Of a DNA stretch of 64,000 nt, positions 24,526-38,552 are shown piece after piece (the stretch's first letter is position 1; the number at the start of each line of letters is the position of its first letter). The position numbers and the translations under genes were made by a program. The notes under the pieces are model-generated. The model was not told where the DNA came from and made no database searches. It saw only the letters and a list, made by a program, of their open reading frames with translations. Source of the DNA: Octopus vulgaris (Eukaryota); the NCBI GenBank assembly GCA_951406725.2, contig OX597825.1, positions 68,882,001 to 68,946,000 of the forward strand, in the 5' to 3' direction.

Positions 24526-24872
24526 ACCTACGGTTACCCTTTCGTCAGTTCGCTGAAGTGTAACTCCATCGTTGATATGTATCACACACACATTCTTTAT
24601 ATCTATCTTAACTTAGATAACTTAGATTGGTTTCGGCTACTATCAAACCCAGGCCATGACTAACTCAATAGCACCACATGGAAAAGACTTTTAATTAATT
24701 ATTTCCGGACGTCAGGTCAGGTGGAGGGAGAAGTGAGAGAGAGAGAGAGGTAGAGGCAGAGGAACAGAAGAAATAAGGAGGGACGAGAAAAAAATGACAG
24801 GGACACAGTGAAGCGAAAAGAGGAAGGAAAGTGAGCATGAAGATAAAGCAAGGAAATACGAGAGAGGGTGAG

Positions 24873-25050
24873 ACCTATCCAGGTGTAGGTGGTTTATCCG
24901 GTATTTCCCGGAGGAGTTTGTCCAGGTACCACTTCAAAGTCTTTTTCTTCTTTAATTTCTTTCGGGATAACATTGAAAAGAGCAGGACCATTTACAATGA
25001 AGAAATTGTGTAGGGGACGCATTGCACGGGGGCCTAGTCTTGGGTGATTT
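24873..25050 (-). mobile_element. CR1-like LINE ORF2 C-terminal remnant
   Basis: NFFIVNGPALFNVIPKEIK then, after a frameshift, LKWYLDKLLREIPDKPPTPG*. Confidence 0.6.
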
Positions 25051-25065
25051 TGTAAACATAATACT

Positions 25066-25296
25066 TATTTCTTTACTACCCACAAGGGGCTAACACGGAG
25101 AGGACAAACAAGGACAGACAAACTGATTAAGTCGATTATATCGACCCCAATGCATAACTGGTACTTAATTTATCGACTCCGAAAGGATGAAAGGCAAAGT
25201 CGACCTCGGCGGGATTTGAACTCAGAACGTAACGGCAGACGAAATACGGCTACACATTTAGCCCGGCGTGCTAATGATTCTGCCAGCTCACCACCC
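25066..25296 (-). mobile_element. SINE family A monomer with 15-bp TSD
   Basis: Flanked by TTGTAAACATAATAC on both sides. Confidence 0.9.
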
Positions 25297-25355
25297 TATT
25301 GTAAACATAATACCGATATCATTTGGATAATACTGGTGGCATATTTTCCACAGGG

Positions 25356-25444
<89 letters not shown>

Positions 25445-25607
25445 ATTTCTTTGTATATACATGCATACAGACCATGTATATACCAACGCGGAAATTTACA
25501 CGCATGCGCAGGAAGGGTGATATAACCTCTCACCAAAAGGTTTCTGTCCGCGCAGCACTATTTTTGGCGGGAAAAATATAGTCCGATATTTTTGAATACA
25601 CTAAGTA

Positions 25608-25684
<77 letters not shown>

Positions 25685-25771
25685 ATACATACCACACATA
25701 TGTATACGTATAAGCATATATAAAACTCACGCACACACACATACATACATACATACATACATACATACACA

Positions 25772-25802
<31 letters not shown>

Positions 25803-27255
25803 GCTGCACAGCTTTCGTTCACAAGATATTGATCAGCCAGCAAATTATGATAGAAGACACTTTTCCGATGCATTGCGAGGCAGAATCGAACTTGGAAACA
25901 CCTGGATTCAAAACGAACCTTCTTAATTACACAGCTATGCCTAGATGGCTGTTGTTACTTTATTTAATCCACCATACAGTGGATAAAAATAAAAAAAATG
26001 AAATGAGGAACCTGGGGGGGGGGGGCATTTGGACCCACAATATATAAAACCGGAACCGAAAATCACAGGGAATTTTGTGCGACATCGTAACAATTATGCC
26101 AGTCTATGTAGGTCTGTCGCAATCGTATTTTTGCTAAATAATGCAAGAAAAAGATGTAAGTTCGAAAAAGTTATATCTACTTGAGAAAAGTAAACTCGGG
26201 AAATAGATTTTCTCTGAATGATTTTAGCAGTGATCTTTGTTTCCTGTCTGCATTAATGCAGAAATATCCGCAAGGCTATTTCGTCATTTTAATATTTTTG
26301 TGTATGATGGTATGATGTAAGAGAGAGATGACAAAGAAGTCTGCTCATGGGTTAACGTCTAATACAAAACACTTCCTTCTAGCAATCATTATAATCATAA
26401 CTGACGTGGAAAGATTAATTGTAAATAGAATGAAGAAAATGTTCGCAAGATTATAACCTTTCCTCAAAGCGGCTTGATATTTTGTTAATAAAATTACATA
26501 TTGATTTCTTGCTGAGGGGAAAGGACAATGCCTTTAATAACAGAATATGTGTGTTCGGCGACTAGAATGAACTGGATAGATTAGACGATAAATATAGTTC
26601 AGTGGACACTAACATGTTTAATGTATTGAACACCTAAAACTGTGTAATCAATTATATATTATATTCGTAATGATGTGAAAAGTTGTTAGATTTAATAACA
26701 GTTCATTACAAGGAAGACAAGGGAGATAATTCTGAAATTCAAATGGATTATAAACTAAATTAATTGGTTAATTGCTTAACTATATCGACCACTGGAATAA
26801 CGAGAGATAATAAGGCAATTTGGTATAAAACAGGAAAATGATACCAAAGACGGGATTAGAAAAAATTGAAAAAAAAAAAATTCTTTCATTATATTTCTGC
26901 CTTCATTAAATTTCGCAATATTAAGAATTACAAATGATTCCGTTGTTATAAGTAGAGAAGCATATACACTGGAAATCCATCGACTTTTTCGAAACTTCAT
27001 TTGAAGAAAGGATTTCTTTAATTGTTGCATATGCGAACTGAGCAACAAGTCGAGCAAAATGTGAGATTTTAGGGCAATTTCAAATACTGAAGCAATAATT
27101 TATATTGTTTATGCTTGTGGAACAGAGAAAACAGGCTGACACACACTTACACGCAAACACACAGACACATACTCTCTCTCTTTCATACACACGCTGGCCG
27201 CGCACGCACACGTAGACTCACACCCACACACACACTTGCGCCACCTTTTCTGGTA

Positions 27256-27537
27256 TCTTCTTCTTCTTCTTCTTTTTCTTCTCCTTCTCCTTCTTTTCCT
27301 TCTTCTTCTTCTTCTTCTTCTTCTTCTTCTTCTTCATATTCTTCTCCTTCTTCTCCTTCTCCTCCTTCTTCTCCTTCTTCTTCTTCTTCTTCTTCTTCTT
27401 CTTCATTTTCTTCTCCTTCTTCTCCTTCTCCTCCTTCTTCTCCTTCTTCTTCTTCTTCTTCTTTTTCTTCTTCTTCTTCTTCTTCTTCTTCTTCTTCTTC
27501 TTCTTCTCCTTCTCCTTCTTCTTTTTCTCCTCCTCCT

Positions 27538-27572
<35 letters not shown>

Positions 27573-27907
27573 TTTTTCTTCTCCTTCTCCTCCTTCTTCT
27601 TCTTCTTCTTCTTCTTCTCCTTCTCCTTCTCCTCCTCCTTCTCCTCCTCCTCCTCCTCCTCCTCCTCCTCCTTCTTCTTCTTCTTCTTCTTCTCCTTCTT
27701 CTTCTTCTTCTTCTTCTTCTTCTTCTCATTCTCCTTCTCTTCCTCCTTCTTCTTCTTCTTCTTCTTCTTCTTCTTCTTCTCCTTCTCCTCCTCCTTCTTC
27801 TTCTTCTTCTTCTTCTTCTTCTTCTTCTTCTTCTCCTCCTCCTCCTCCTCCTCCTCCTCCTCCTCCTCCTCCTCCTCCTCCTCCTTCTTCTTCTTCTTCT
27901 TCTTCTT

Positions 27908-27937
<30 letters not shown>
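27256..27937. repeat. ~680-bp (TCT/CCT)n polypyrimidine tract
   Basis: Almost purine-free top strand; source of the poly-S/P/L/K/E/R ORFs. Confidence 0.95.
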
Positions 27938-27940
<3 letters not shown>

Positions 27941-28384
27941 AATTTTATTAAGGCGACGAGGTGGCAGAATCGTTTGCAAGCTGGGCGGAATGCTTAGCGG
28001 TATTTCGCCCGTCGCTACGTTCTGAGTTCAAATTCCGCATTGCCTTTCATCCTTTCGGAGTCGATAAAATAAGTACCCGTAATCGACGAGTCCCCTTCCC
28101 GCCAAAATTGCTGCCCTTGTGGCAAAGTTTGAAACCATTGTTATCAATTATTTATTTTTTCTAATGTCAGGGAGCTGGGAAAGCTGTTAGCGCATTTATT
28201 TGTACATACGTATGTATAACTGTGTTATGTCTGCGTGTGTGTGTGTGTATGTGTGTGTGATTGTGTGTGTGTGTGTGTGTGTGTGATTGTGTGTGTGTGT
28301 GCACGCGCGAGTATACGTGTATATACAAATATGTATAGTCATATAAGAGCGTTGTAGTGTGTATCGAAACGAGATTAAATGTAT

Positions 28385-28607
28385 ACAAGGGGGAGGTGCG
28401 GAAAAGTTCCTAGCTCTAAGGTTATCGCGAAAAGTCTGGTTGAGGGCCCAAACTTTTAAAGTTCTTTTACAGCACTTAGAAGAACTGGAGGACCGCTGCA
28501 ATAAGTGTGTAAATCTGGGAGGGGAATATGTTGGAAAAAATCATAATTAACTGATCTACCTCTATTTCCTTTTACCCAAAGCCAGGAACTTTTCATCCCC
28601 TCCACGT
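28385..28607. mobile_element. mariner-derived MITE, second copy
   Basis: TIRs in TA context; retains the transposase C-terminus LEDRCNKCVNLGGEYV. Confidence 0.8.
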
Positions 28608-28610
28608 ATA

Positions 28611-28962
28611 TTAGTTGCTTCTTATAAAATACGAGTAAAACGTCCCCCCCACACGTCCAATGGACGGTGCTGAGTTGTCAAACATTTAAACCAAATTTTC
28701 CGAAAACAACTTGTCCGACCGTTCCATAGGCCTCTCCTCTGAAAAACACTGATTTAACCTAAATTTGAGACACCAGCAAAAGAAGAAATAAAGATAGACT
28801 TTTTCTATTCCAAAGAAAAACGATTTTACAAATGCACGTTTCCACGGCTTTATCGATCGCATTCTCACCTGGAATAGATATCAAATTTGAGCGCAACCGG
28901 ATGGAGGATGCCCGAAATCCTAGAAGACACACAGACAGACAGAACGGAATTTATATAATAGA
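28611..28962 (-). mobile_element. Possible non-autonomous Helitron
   Basis: Minus 5' end A|TCTATTATATAAATTCCGTTCTGTCTGTCTGTG then CATCCGGTTGCGCTCAAATTTG; the 3' CTAG is not intact. Confidence 0.45.
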
Positions 28963-29029
28963 TTATACTATCTAACGTTCGTCAGGTATTGAATATTTTA
29001 TGAACAAGCACTCAGGCATATATACCTGT

Positions 29030-29094
<65 letters not shown>

Positions 29095-29383
29095 TATACA
29101 TATATATTTGCGTATGTATTTGTATGAATGCGCGTGTGTGTACATATTTGGGTTCGTGAGTGAGAGTAAGTGTAATGTATGTATCTAAATATCTACGCAT
29201 GAATAGATCCCAAAATATGCATGCATATGTGTAAATGCAGCAATATTCAGACATGTATATTTAAATATATATAACATGCACATAGGTGCATATATACATA
29301 TACGCATGCGTAGATGTTTACATATATAAGCGTAAAGTTCTATTGCATACATACACACTAATAGAAGAACACACATACTCACA

Positions 29384-29450
<67 letters not shown>

Positions 29451-29581
29451 ATATATGAACACATGTATATTCATATGGACATGGACACACGTATATAAGT
29501 ATATAAACATACGTATATACATATATACAGAAAGAGACAGTTACATGTATATGTACACATACAAATATACTGCGTCTCTCC

Positions 29582-29640
<59 letters not shown>

Positions 29641-29652
29641 TATGTAGACTCG

Positions 29653-29699
<47 letters not shown>

Positions 29700-30677
29700 G
29701 GGGAGGGAGAGAAAGAGATTGCTAGACAGATACCATATATATGCATATATACACATAAAAAGTAATATTAGCGTGCACCATTAAATGAAGAATTCTGCTG
29801 TTGAAACATACTAGAAATAACTATTTTATTTTATCAAAATCTTTGTTTGGAACAATTTAAAACAATCTCCACAATCATTAATTATTTTACAATGAAATCC
29901 TTCTAAACGAGTATTTATACATCTGTCCGTTCATGAATAAACTATTACGAACCCCTTACGGACTGATAATGCATATTTATTAGTTTTCATACTTTGACTA
30001 CCTTCGGGCTCTTTTGCTCTAAAAATATCTGTTAGCTTGAAATTCCCTGAGGATAGTTCAATGACAAAGTGCGGAAAATGCTTTCTTATTCCCAAAGCTG
30101 GCTATCAAATTGGTTTCTATTTTGATGTGATGTGTATCAAGATCTTGCAACGAAAGTTTATCAATTTAGGAGTTGATGTACTCGAAAGAATAACGCGAAA
30201 TATTGAACAAACAATATTTTAGCAATATTTATTTCTAGAATGAGATGAAGATATTGCTAAAATTGGTTACATCTCCATTAAAAATTCACGGTGGAATAAA
30301 CAAGTAATGTGCTTTCGGTTTAACCAACATATTCTAACACAAAAGGCATACGCACAAACGGAGCCGCACAAACACACGAAATAGATATAAACACACACAT
30401 AAACGGATAATCGAGTGCCTACGAGTCTATATATATCTTCATATATGAAGAAATAAGCATGCACACGCATACACACACGCACAGCATATCAATGGATGCG
30501 CAAAATAACCCACTACACTATGAGATCTGAGAACTGCTCTAACCCAGCGCAGTGGTAAGTGCTTTGTTACAGAAGTTACCAGGGGTCGCAGCTGATCTTG
30601 AAGAAGGACGCATAACTATGTTACACGTTCGCGCGCGCACACACAGAACTCACACATACTCGTACACGCATGTAATT

Positions 30678-30889
<212 letters not shown>

Positions 30890-31050
30890 ATCATACATAC
30901 TTGTTGGCGCGTGTAATGCATACATATTTGTAGGTGTATACTATATATGCGATTTTATGCTTATATATGTAAACATTTTGTTCATGTATGCATGTATGTA
31001 TGTACATAAATGTATATGTATGTATGTATCTATCGATCTATCTAAATACT

Positions 31051-31130
<80 letters not shown>

Positions 31131-31254
31131 TGTGTATGTGTGTGTGTGTGTGTTTGTGTGTGTGTATGTCTATATATTGATGCATTTACATATACACATG
31201 TATATGTTTATATGGATATATATATGTATGCATATCTAGATACCTACATTACAG

Positions 31255-31774
31255 TTATTCTGTCTTTGACATGTTAGATCAAAACACGATACTTCATTAT
31301 CTCTAAACGTGGGTCAACAACGCTTTTGTTCACAACCATCGGAGCGCGAAGCTTTCCTCACGAACGCAGTTCGTGAGATGGTTGTCATCTGTAAACAGTT
31401 CTGAGTAGGAACCGGAAAAAGATGAATGAACACGCAATGCAGATGTGCACACCGAATTCGTAAAACGTGAAGAGAAGAATAAAAATCAATGCGCATGTCA
31501 AAATAAAACGGAAGTGAAGAATAAAGACGAAATGTCAAACAAGTTATATGATGGGTTGATGATACCACTATCACGCAACTTTGCTGCAATTTTTCTCGCT
31601 TGGGTAAAATAATGATATAGGCGCAAATCACATTGTAACAGATCACAGCCATCTCACGAACGCAGTTCCTGAGGAGCGCTTCACGCTCCGATGGTTGTGA
31701 AATAAACATTGTTGACCCACGTTTAGAGATAATGAAATTATGTGTTTTGATCTAACATCACAGAGATAGAATAA
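31255..31774. mobile_element. Fold-back element/MITE with ~137-bp imperfect inverted arms
   Basis: 31255-31392 is the reverse complement of 31638-31774 (e.g. TCATTATCTCTAAACGTGGGTCAACAA / TTGTTGACCCACGTTTAGAGATAATGA). Confidence 0.8.
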
Positions 31775-32862
31775 GTGTATGGTTTCAGGTTCGGTCACAC
31801 TGCGTGGCAGCACATTGGGCAAGTGTCTTCTACCATAGCACCGAGATGACCAAAGCCTTGAGAGTAGATGTGGGAGACAGAAACCGCTGTGTGTGTGTGT
31901 GTATGTATGTGTGTATATATATTGTCCGTGTGTGTGTGTGTCTTTATGTTTCTGTATGTTTCCGTAACACTTGACGATCGGCGTTAGTTTGTTCACGACC
32001 CTAACCCTACCTCATGTTCAGATCCTGATTTAGGCACAAGATTGGCCAACAAGTTTGAGGGGCGGGATTCCAGTATTTGACCCGTGCCTTATTTTATTGA
32101 CTTCTGGGTGATGAAATATAAATTTTGCCTCGTTTAAATTTGAACTGAGAACGTAGAGGGTCAGAAGAAATACCACAAGGTATTTTCACCGACGCACTTG
32201 CAGTTTTGGCCGTCAAACAACTCTGACATTTAACGAATGTTGGTTTCAAATGTTGGCACAAGGCCAGCAATTTCGGGTGAGCGGGTAAGTCGATTACATC
32301 GACTCACGTGTTCAACTGGTATTTATTTTAGTGACCCCGAAAGGATGAAACGCAAAGTCGACCTCCGCAGAAGACTGACGAGACACTGCTTAACATTCTG
32401 TCAGCTCGCCAACTTATTTATTTAATAAATATTTAATGAAACAAATGAAATGAATAATAAGATAATATTTGCTTAGATCGATACAGTAGATTTTTGTCTT
32501 TTATATTTCTATTGTATTAGCTAGATGTCTTTAATAATTCCATACTCAACAAGGTTTTATATCTTTTGTTATTCTAATCACACTTACGTGATACATTTTA
32601 TAATTCTAATTCCTGCTAGATATAATAATGCTTTAGATGTCTTTTAGAATTTCATTGGAAAGTAGAAATATAATGAACGTCTGTATTTGACTGTTACTTT
32701 ATTGCTTCAAGTGCTTAGGATGTGGAAACGCAAAGTTCACCTATTATAGTATCATATATATATATATACAGATCCATAATATATATATACAGATCCATAA
32801 TATATATATACATATATACGTCGAAAATACAAACATTTATATATATATTTATGTATGTAATG

Positions 32863-33330
32863 TAGAGAAAAACCTCTATTAAACAATTCAATAATAAAAG
32901 ATGCTATTCACACCATATAGAAAACATACTATAAAAACCTTATTCTAAAAATCAATAAAGTACAATAAATAGTTGTTCAAGAACACAACGCATCGCCTGG
33001 TGTAGGAAACGAAACCAGAACCTTACGATCATGAGTCCAACACCCTAAACACTAACCCACGTGCCTCCACAGACACAGACACACACACAAATTTAAACAT
33101 ATTTCTACTATTTACTATTTTTTGTACTTTATTGGTTTTTAAAATAAGTATTTTTTTTTATAGGATATGTTTTTCTATATGGTATGAATAACATCTTTCT
33201 TTATTGAATTGTTTAATAGTGTTTTTTTTTCTCTAAATTATATATACATATATTATATATTGTGAAATTCGATTTAAAATTGTTAAATTGAATTTTTCCC
33301 TGGAAGTTTTGGAATTATATCCATTATATC

Positions 33331-33335
<5 letters not shown>
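32863..33335. mobile_element. Inverted repeat of the Penelope-like AT-rich terminus with a SINE C head at its centre
   Basis: Arms 32863-32973 / 33110-33235; the right arm extends to 33335 and is homologous to 14537-14700; SINE head at 32974-33069. Confidence 0.65.
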
Positions 33336-33417
<82 letters not shown>

Positions 33418-33467
33418 TGATTGATTCTAGTTTCAGCTTATGAGCTGTGGCCATGCTGGGGCACCGC

Positions 33468-33530
<63 letters not shown>

Positions 33531-33892
33531 TATATATATATGTATATATGTTTGTGTGGGTGGGTGTAAACAAACCAAAGTTTGCTTTAGAAGCGCCGAA
33601 ATGTGTATTGTTAGATACAGACAAGATGATAATTTATTTTCTCATGGCTGGTTGCTGACATATTTTTCCGGTTTGTATGGATATTTTATCCCGTCTTTGG
33701 TGTTCTGTCAGCGTTTGTGCATTTGAAAATAAATTACTATCTTATTTATATCTTATACATACATACATGCATACATACATACATACATACATACATACAT
33801 ACATACATACATACATACATACATACGTACGTACATACATATATAAATATATATATAAATGTATATATGTAAATATATACATACATACATAC

Positions 33893-33964
<72 letters not shown>

Positions 33965-34013
33965 TAACATAATATATACATTATATATATATATATAATA
34001 TATATATATAAAC

Positions 34014-34054
<41 letters not shown>

Positions 34055-34118
34055 GTGTCATACATACTTATTATTATACATAATATATATTATATTATAT
34101 ATATATATATATATTATA

Positions 34119-34153
<35 letters not shown>

Positions 34154-34342
34154 CACCATCTGATGGTCTGGTCGGTCACATGATCCCATGATATATACAT
34201 ACATATAAATGCATGTGTGTGTGTATATATATATACATATATATAAATATATATATATATATACACATATATATATATAAATAAATGTATATGTGAATGT
34301 ATGTATCTTTGAATGTGTGTGTGTGTATGTATGTGTGTGTGT

Positions 34343-34585
34343 AGGCACGTGGCTCAGTGGTTAGGGTGTTAGACTCGTGATCGTAAGATTCTGGTTTCGA
34401 TTCCTACACCAGGCGACGTGTTGTGTTCTTGAGCAAAACACTTCATATCACCTTGCTCCAGTTCACTCAGCTGGCAAAAATGAATAACGCTGCGACGGAC
34501 CAGCATCCGTTCCAGGAGGGGAATATATACGCTACAGAAACCGGGAATAGCGGTTCGTGTCTATATGACTTGAGAGGGATCTTTA
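34343..34585 (+). mobile_element. SINE family C, full length
   Basis: A box TGGCTCAGTGG, B box GGTTTCGATTCC; body shared with 181-402. Confidence 0.85.
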
Positions 34586-36412
34586 TCCTATCTTTATCAA
34601 TATATATATATATATATAGGATAGACTATAGATTATGTTGCACTTTGGTCGTCAGATTGTGATTTCGATTTTGGGACAGGGTGATGCGATGTGTTCTTGA
34701 GCAAAACACTTCTCGAGTTTACTCTGCGACCACTTCGATACGTGAATTGTGATTGGTACAGTGTGCAATACTAAAGGTAATGACCCTTTGGTCTGTTCTA
34801 TACAGTCAATCTCTCCCCTCCCTCTCTCTCTCTAATGACTGAACAACTAAAAATAAAAAAAAATTCTGCAGTCAATACGTCCAAGGTGGAACCCCAGCAT
34901 GGCTACAATCTAATGACCGAAACAAGTAAAAGGTGAAAAGAAAGAAAATATAAAAGAAAATTATAAGAGTGGGTATTTTGTCCACTTTCACCAACAGAGC
35001 GGAACTCTAAAGAAATGGCGCCGCTATTTTTTATCAGTCTGTCTCTTTTTCTTTCCAAAAGATCGCATACACACACACACACACACACAATACGCACATA
35101 CGCACAAATACACACATATATGTATATTCATTCATGTTTCAGATATACCTATTTTTCTAACTTCTCCGTTCAGATATAAACATACAATTTTTTTTCACAT
35201 AAACAGAAACAATCTGACAGTGAAGCCATATGCACCACAGACACAAATTCGCAGCAAAACGAAAATGATCGAAACACCAACAAAAAGACAACCACACAAC
35301 GCCTTGCCCTGCATTCCTGTAATATAGCGTCGGAATTTCAACAAAAACACTGACGCCATTCAGCATTTGTAAATTAATTTCACTATTACTGGTATTCACA
35401 CATCATTTCTACTTTCATTTCACTACAACTTACTGATATTCCTTATCAAGAACATTTCTCATTCCCTTAAGCTATTCTTCTATGTGATATACATATTTTC
35501 CTTGCATTACTGTAACATAGCAATCGAATTTCATTTCACTATTACTTACTGATATTTATTATCAAAAACATATCTCATAAAAAATGACCGTCACAAAACG
35601 AACACCAAACAAATACACGACGTGCATCAGAAGAATGACGATGAGACACGCGCACGGTTTGTAGATCAGCGACGTACATCTGAAACCGAGCATCAACGAA
35701 ATGCTAGATAAATAAAGTAACGCATACAACTCACTTATTATTGTCATATCATAAACAAACACAAGTTCATGTATGATATTGATCTTTCTTCTACTTCTAT
35801 TATTACAGAGTGGTTAGGGCAGCGGACTCGCGGTCATAGGATCGCGGAAAAACCTTACTAAAACATAAACCACATTAACTTAAGTATACAGAAAACTTCA
35901 AATAATTCCTGTTAACTTCTGACTATAACACAGTTATACAGAAATGTGGACAGCCTCTATATACTGCTGTGTAGATTGCATCTTGTGTTATATATATTAC
36001 TAACAATGACACCTAAAGCTCCACGAGGCTCCGGCAGGGATGGTGGTGATCCCTGCTGTACTCTTTCACCACAACTTTCTCTCACTCTTACTTCCTGTTT
36101 CTGTTGTACCTGTATTTCAAGGGGCCGGCCTTGTCACTCTCTGTGTCACGCTGAATATCCCCGAGAACTACGTTAAGGGTACACGTGTCTGTGGAGTGCT
36201 CAGCCACTTACACGTTAATTTCACGAGCAGGCTGTTCCGTTGATTCGGATCAACCGGAACCCTCATCGTCGTAACCGACGGAGTGCTTCCATTATTACAG
36301 AGTTTTCTCTTCTAAAAATGCACACACATATAGGCTCAATGTGGCTCCCGATAAACAGTAAAAGTAATTACCCAATCAACGAAGGGTTTTACTGCTAGTA
36401 TATATATACTAT

Positions 36413-36797
36413 TTTACTCTTTTACTTGTTTCAGTCATTTGACTGCGGCCATGCTGGAGCACCGCCTTTAGTCGAGCAAATCGACCCCAGGACTTATTCT
36501 TTGGAAGCCTAGTACTTATTCTATCGGCCTCTTTTACCGAACCGCTAAGTTACCGGAACGTAAACACACCAGCATCGGTTGTCAAGCGATGTTGGGGGTG
36601 ACAAACACAGACACACATACATATATATACATAGATACGACAGGCTTCTTTCAGTTTCCGTCTACCAAATCCACTCACAAGGCTTTGGTCGGCCCGAGGC
36701 TATAGTAGAAGACACTTGCCCAAGGTGCCACGCAGTGGGAATGAACCTAGAACCATGTGGTTGGTAAGCAAGCTACTTACCACACAGCCACTTCTGC
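36413..36797 (-). mobile_element. SINE family B, full length
   Basis: Reverse complement of 24081-24525. Confidence 0.9.
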
Positions 36798-37253
36798 GGC
36801 TATATATATACAAATATTTGAAAAATATTTATAAATGATAATTAAATATTATATTATTTACCAGGAAGAATTATTCGATTTTCTAGGAAAATAAGTAATA
36901 AAAGTTTCGCTTATTTTTATTTGTATTTTTATTACCTCTTTGTTTTTCTAGAAACTCGATTGTTTTTCCTGATAAATCTATTTTGTCAACAGAAAAGTAT
37001 AATATTCAGTTTTGATTCATTTATTTTCATATATTTTATTTTCGAATATTTGTAACTACATTGCATTGGGAAAAATATTTTCTTCTATTCGATTTATAGA
37101 GCAATAAACGATATTTTAATTAGATACTAGCAAACCAGGAATGCTCTTATTTAATCTCTAATTAAGATGTTAGTAATTAATTACCAATTAGAAAATGCTT
37201 AAACATTTAAACTATAATCAAGACGTCAGCTATTATTAATGTAAATACAAAAG

Positions 37254-37935
37254 CGTCGAGCTGGTACAATCGTTAGCATGCTGGACGAAATGTTTAGCAG
37301 TATTTCGTCCGTCTACGTTATGAGTTCAAATTTCGTCGAGGACGAATTTGCTTTTCATCCTTTTTGAGGTCGATAAATTAAGTACCAGTTACCCACTGGG
37401 TTAGATGTAATCGACTGCTCTGCTTCCGCCAAATTTCAGGCCATGTGCCTATAGTAGAAAAGATTATTAATATACTTAGTGATATTTCGACTATCGCTAC
37501 GTTTTGAGTTCAAATTCCGCCGAGATCGACTTTGCCTTTCATCCTTTCGGAGTCGATAAATTAAGTACCAGTTGCGTACTGAGGTCGATCTAATCGACTG
37601 CTCCCCCCACCAAAAATATTTGGATCTTGTGCCTAGAATTGAAAAGAATATAAATATATAAATCTTGTAAAGCGGTGAACTGGCAGAATCATTAGCACGC
37701 TGGGCAAAATGCTTAGTGGCACTGCGCCCGTCTTTACATTCTGAGTTCAAATTCTGCCGAGGTCGACTTTGCCTTTCCTCCTTTCGGAATCACTAAAACA
37801 ACTACCAATAAACAACTACTGGGGTCGATGTAATCGACTAACCTTCGATAAAATAGGTACCACGGGAACACTGGTGTTAGAGTAATTGACTTAGCTCCTT
37901 ACCCGAAATTGGGAGCCTTGTATCAAAATTTGAAA
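37254..37935 (+). mobile_element. Cluster of three SINE A copies in tandem
   Basis: Core GAGTTCAAATT...TCATCCTTT...GTCGATAAA repeated at ~37322, 37506 and 37743. Confidence 0.8.
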
Positions 37936-38366
37936 GCAATGTATAAAACGGGCTGATCTGCCGATTTTGTTCTTTCTCATTATATCCTTATTTATTGATT
38001 CACTGATTGTATTTAACTCTTTCGAAGCCCTAAGTGAGCAATGCCAATATTGAAAGGTGTCCTAACCATGTCCACCCTCGCTTTTAATTTCAGTACAGAA
38101 TATATTAAAATACATTTTCTATTACGTGTGAAGGCGCGTTGCCGAGTGGTGAGTGTGTTCAACTGACGATCATAATATCGCAGGTTCAATTACTGGGCCG
38201 AACAACGCAAGTCACTTCCTTTCCTGATGTCCCTGTCTACTCAGCTATTCATAGGTGCATCTTTTCCTCTCTCTACATTCAGATCTTGCATCCTGGATAC
38301 GCCGCTAGGTCTATGGGTATGAGAGCTTAGATCATTGCTTCCCAAACTTTTCACAGTGAGTCCCAA

Positions 38367-38552
38367 CAGTGGTTCCCAACCCTTTTATTGGAACGAGTTT
38401 TTCCACAGACCCCTCTTAATATGCTTATCCTTATGTATATATTTATATATAAAATCTTGAATTTAGTTCACGGACCACCAGTACTTTGCGGACCACCAGT
38501 ACTACCTTTGCGGACCACCAGGGGTCCACAGACCGCAGGTTGGGAACCACTT
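38367..38552. mobile_element. hAT (Charlie-like) MITE
   Basis: TIRs CAGTGGTTCCCAACC / GGTTGGGAACCACT; internal CGGACCACCAG repeated three times. Confidence 0.8.

Noticed and set aside
24615-24720. GCCGAAACC / CTGAC motif on the minus strand as another hammerhead
   Set aside because: I could not build a consistent core with helices; it lies in the 3' region of a CR1-like remnant.
27115-27997. 250-275-aa Ser/Pro-, Leu- and Lys/Glu-rich ORFs
   Set aside because: They are stop-free only because of the TCT/CCT tract, and are open in several frames on both strands.
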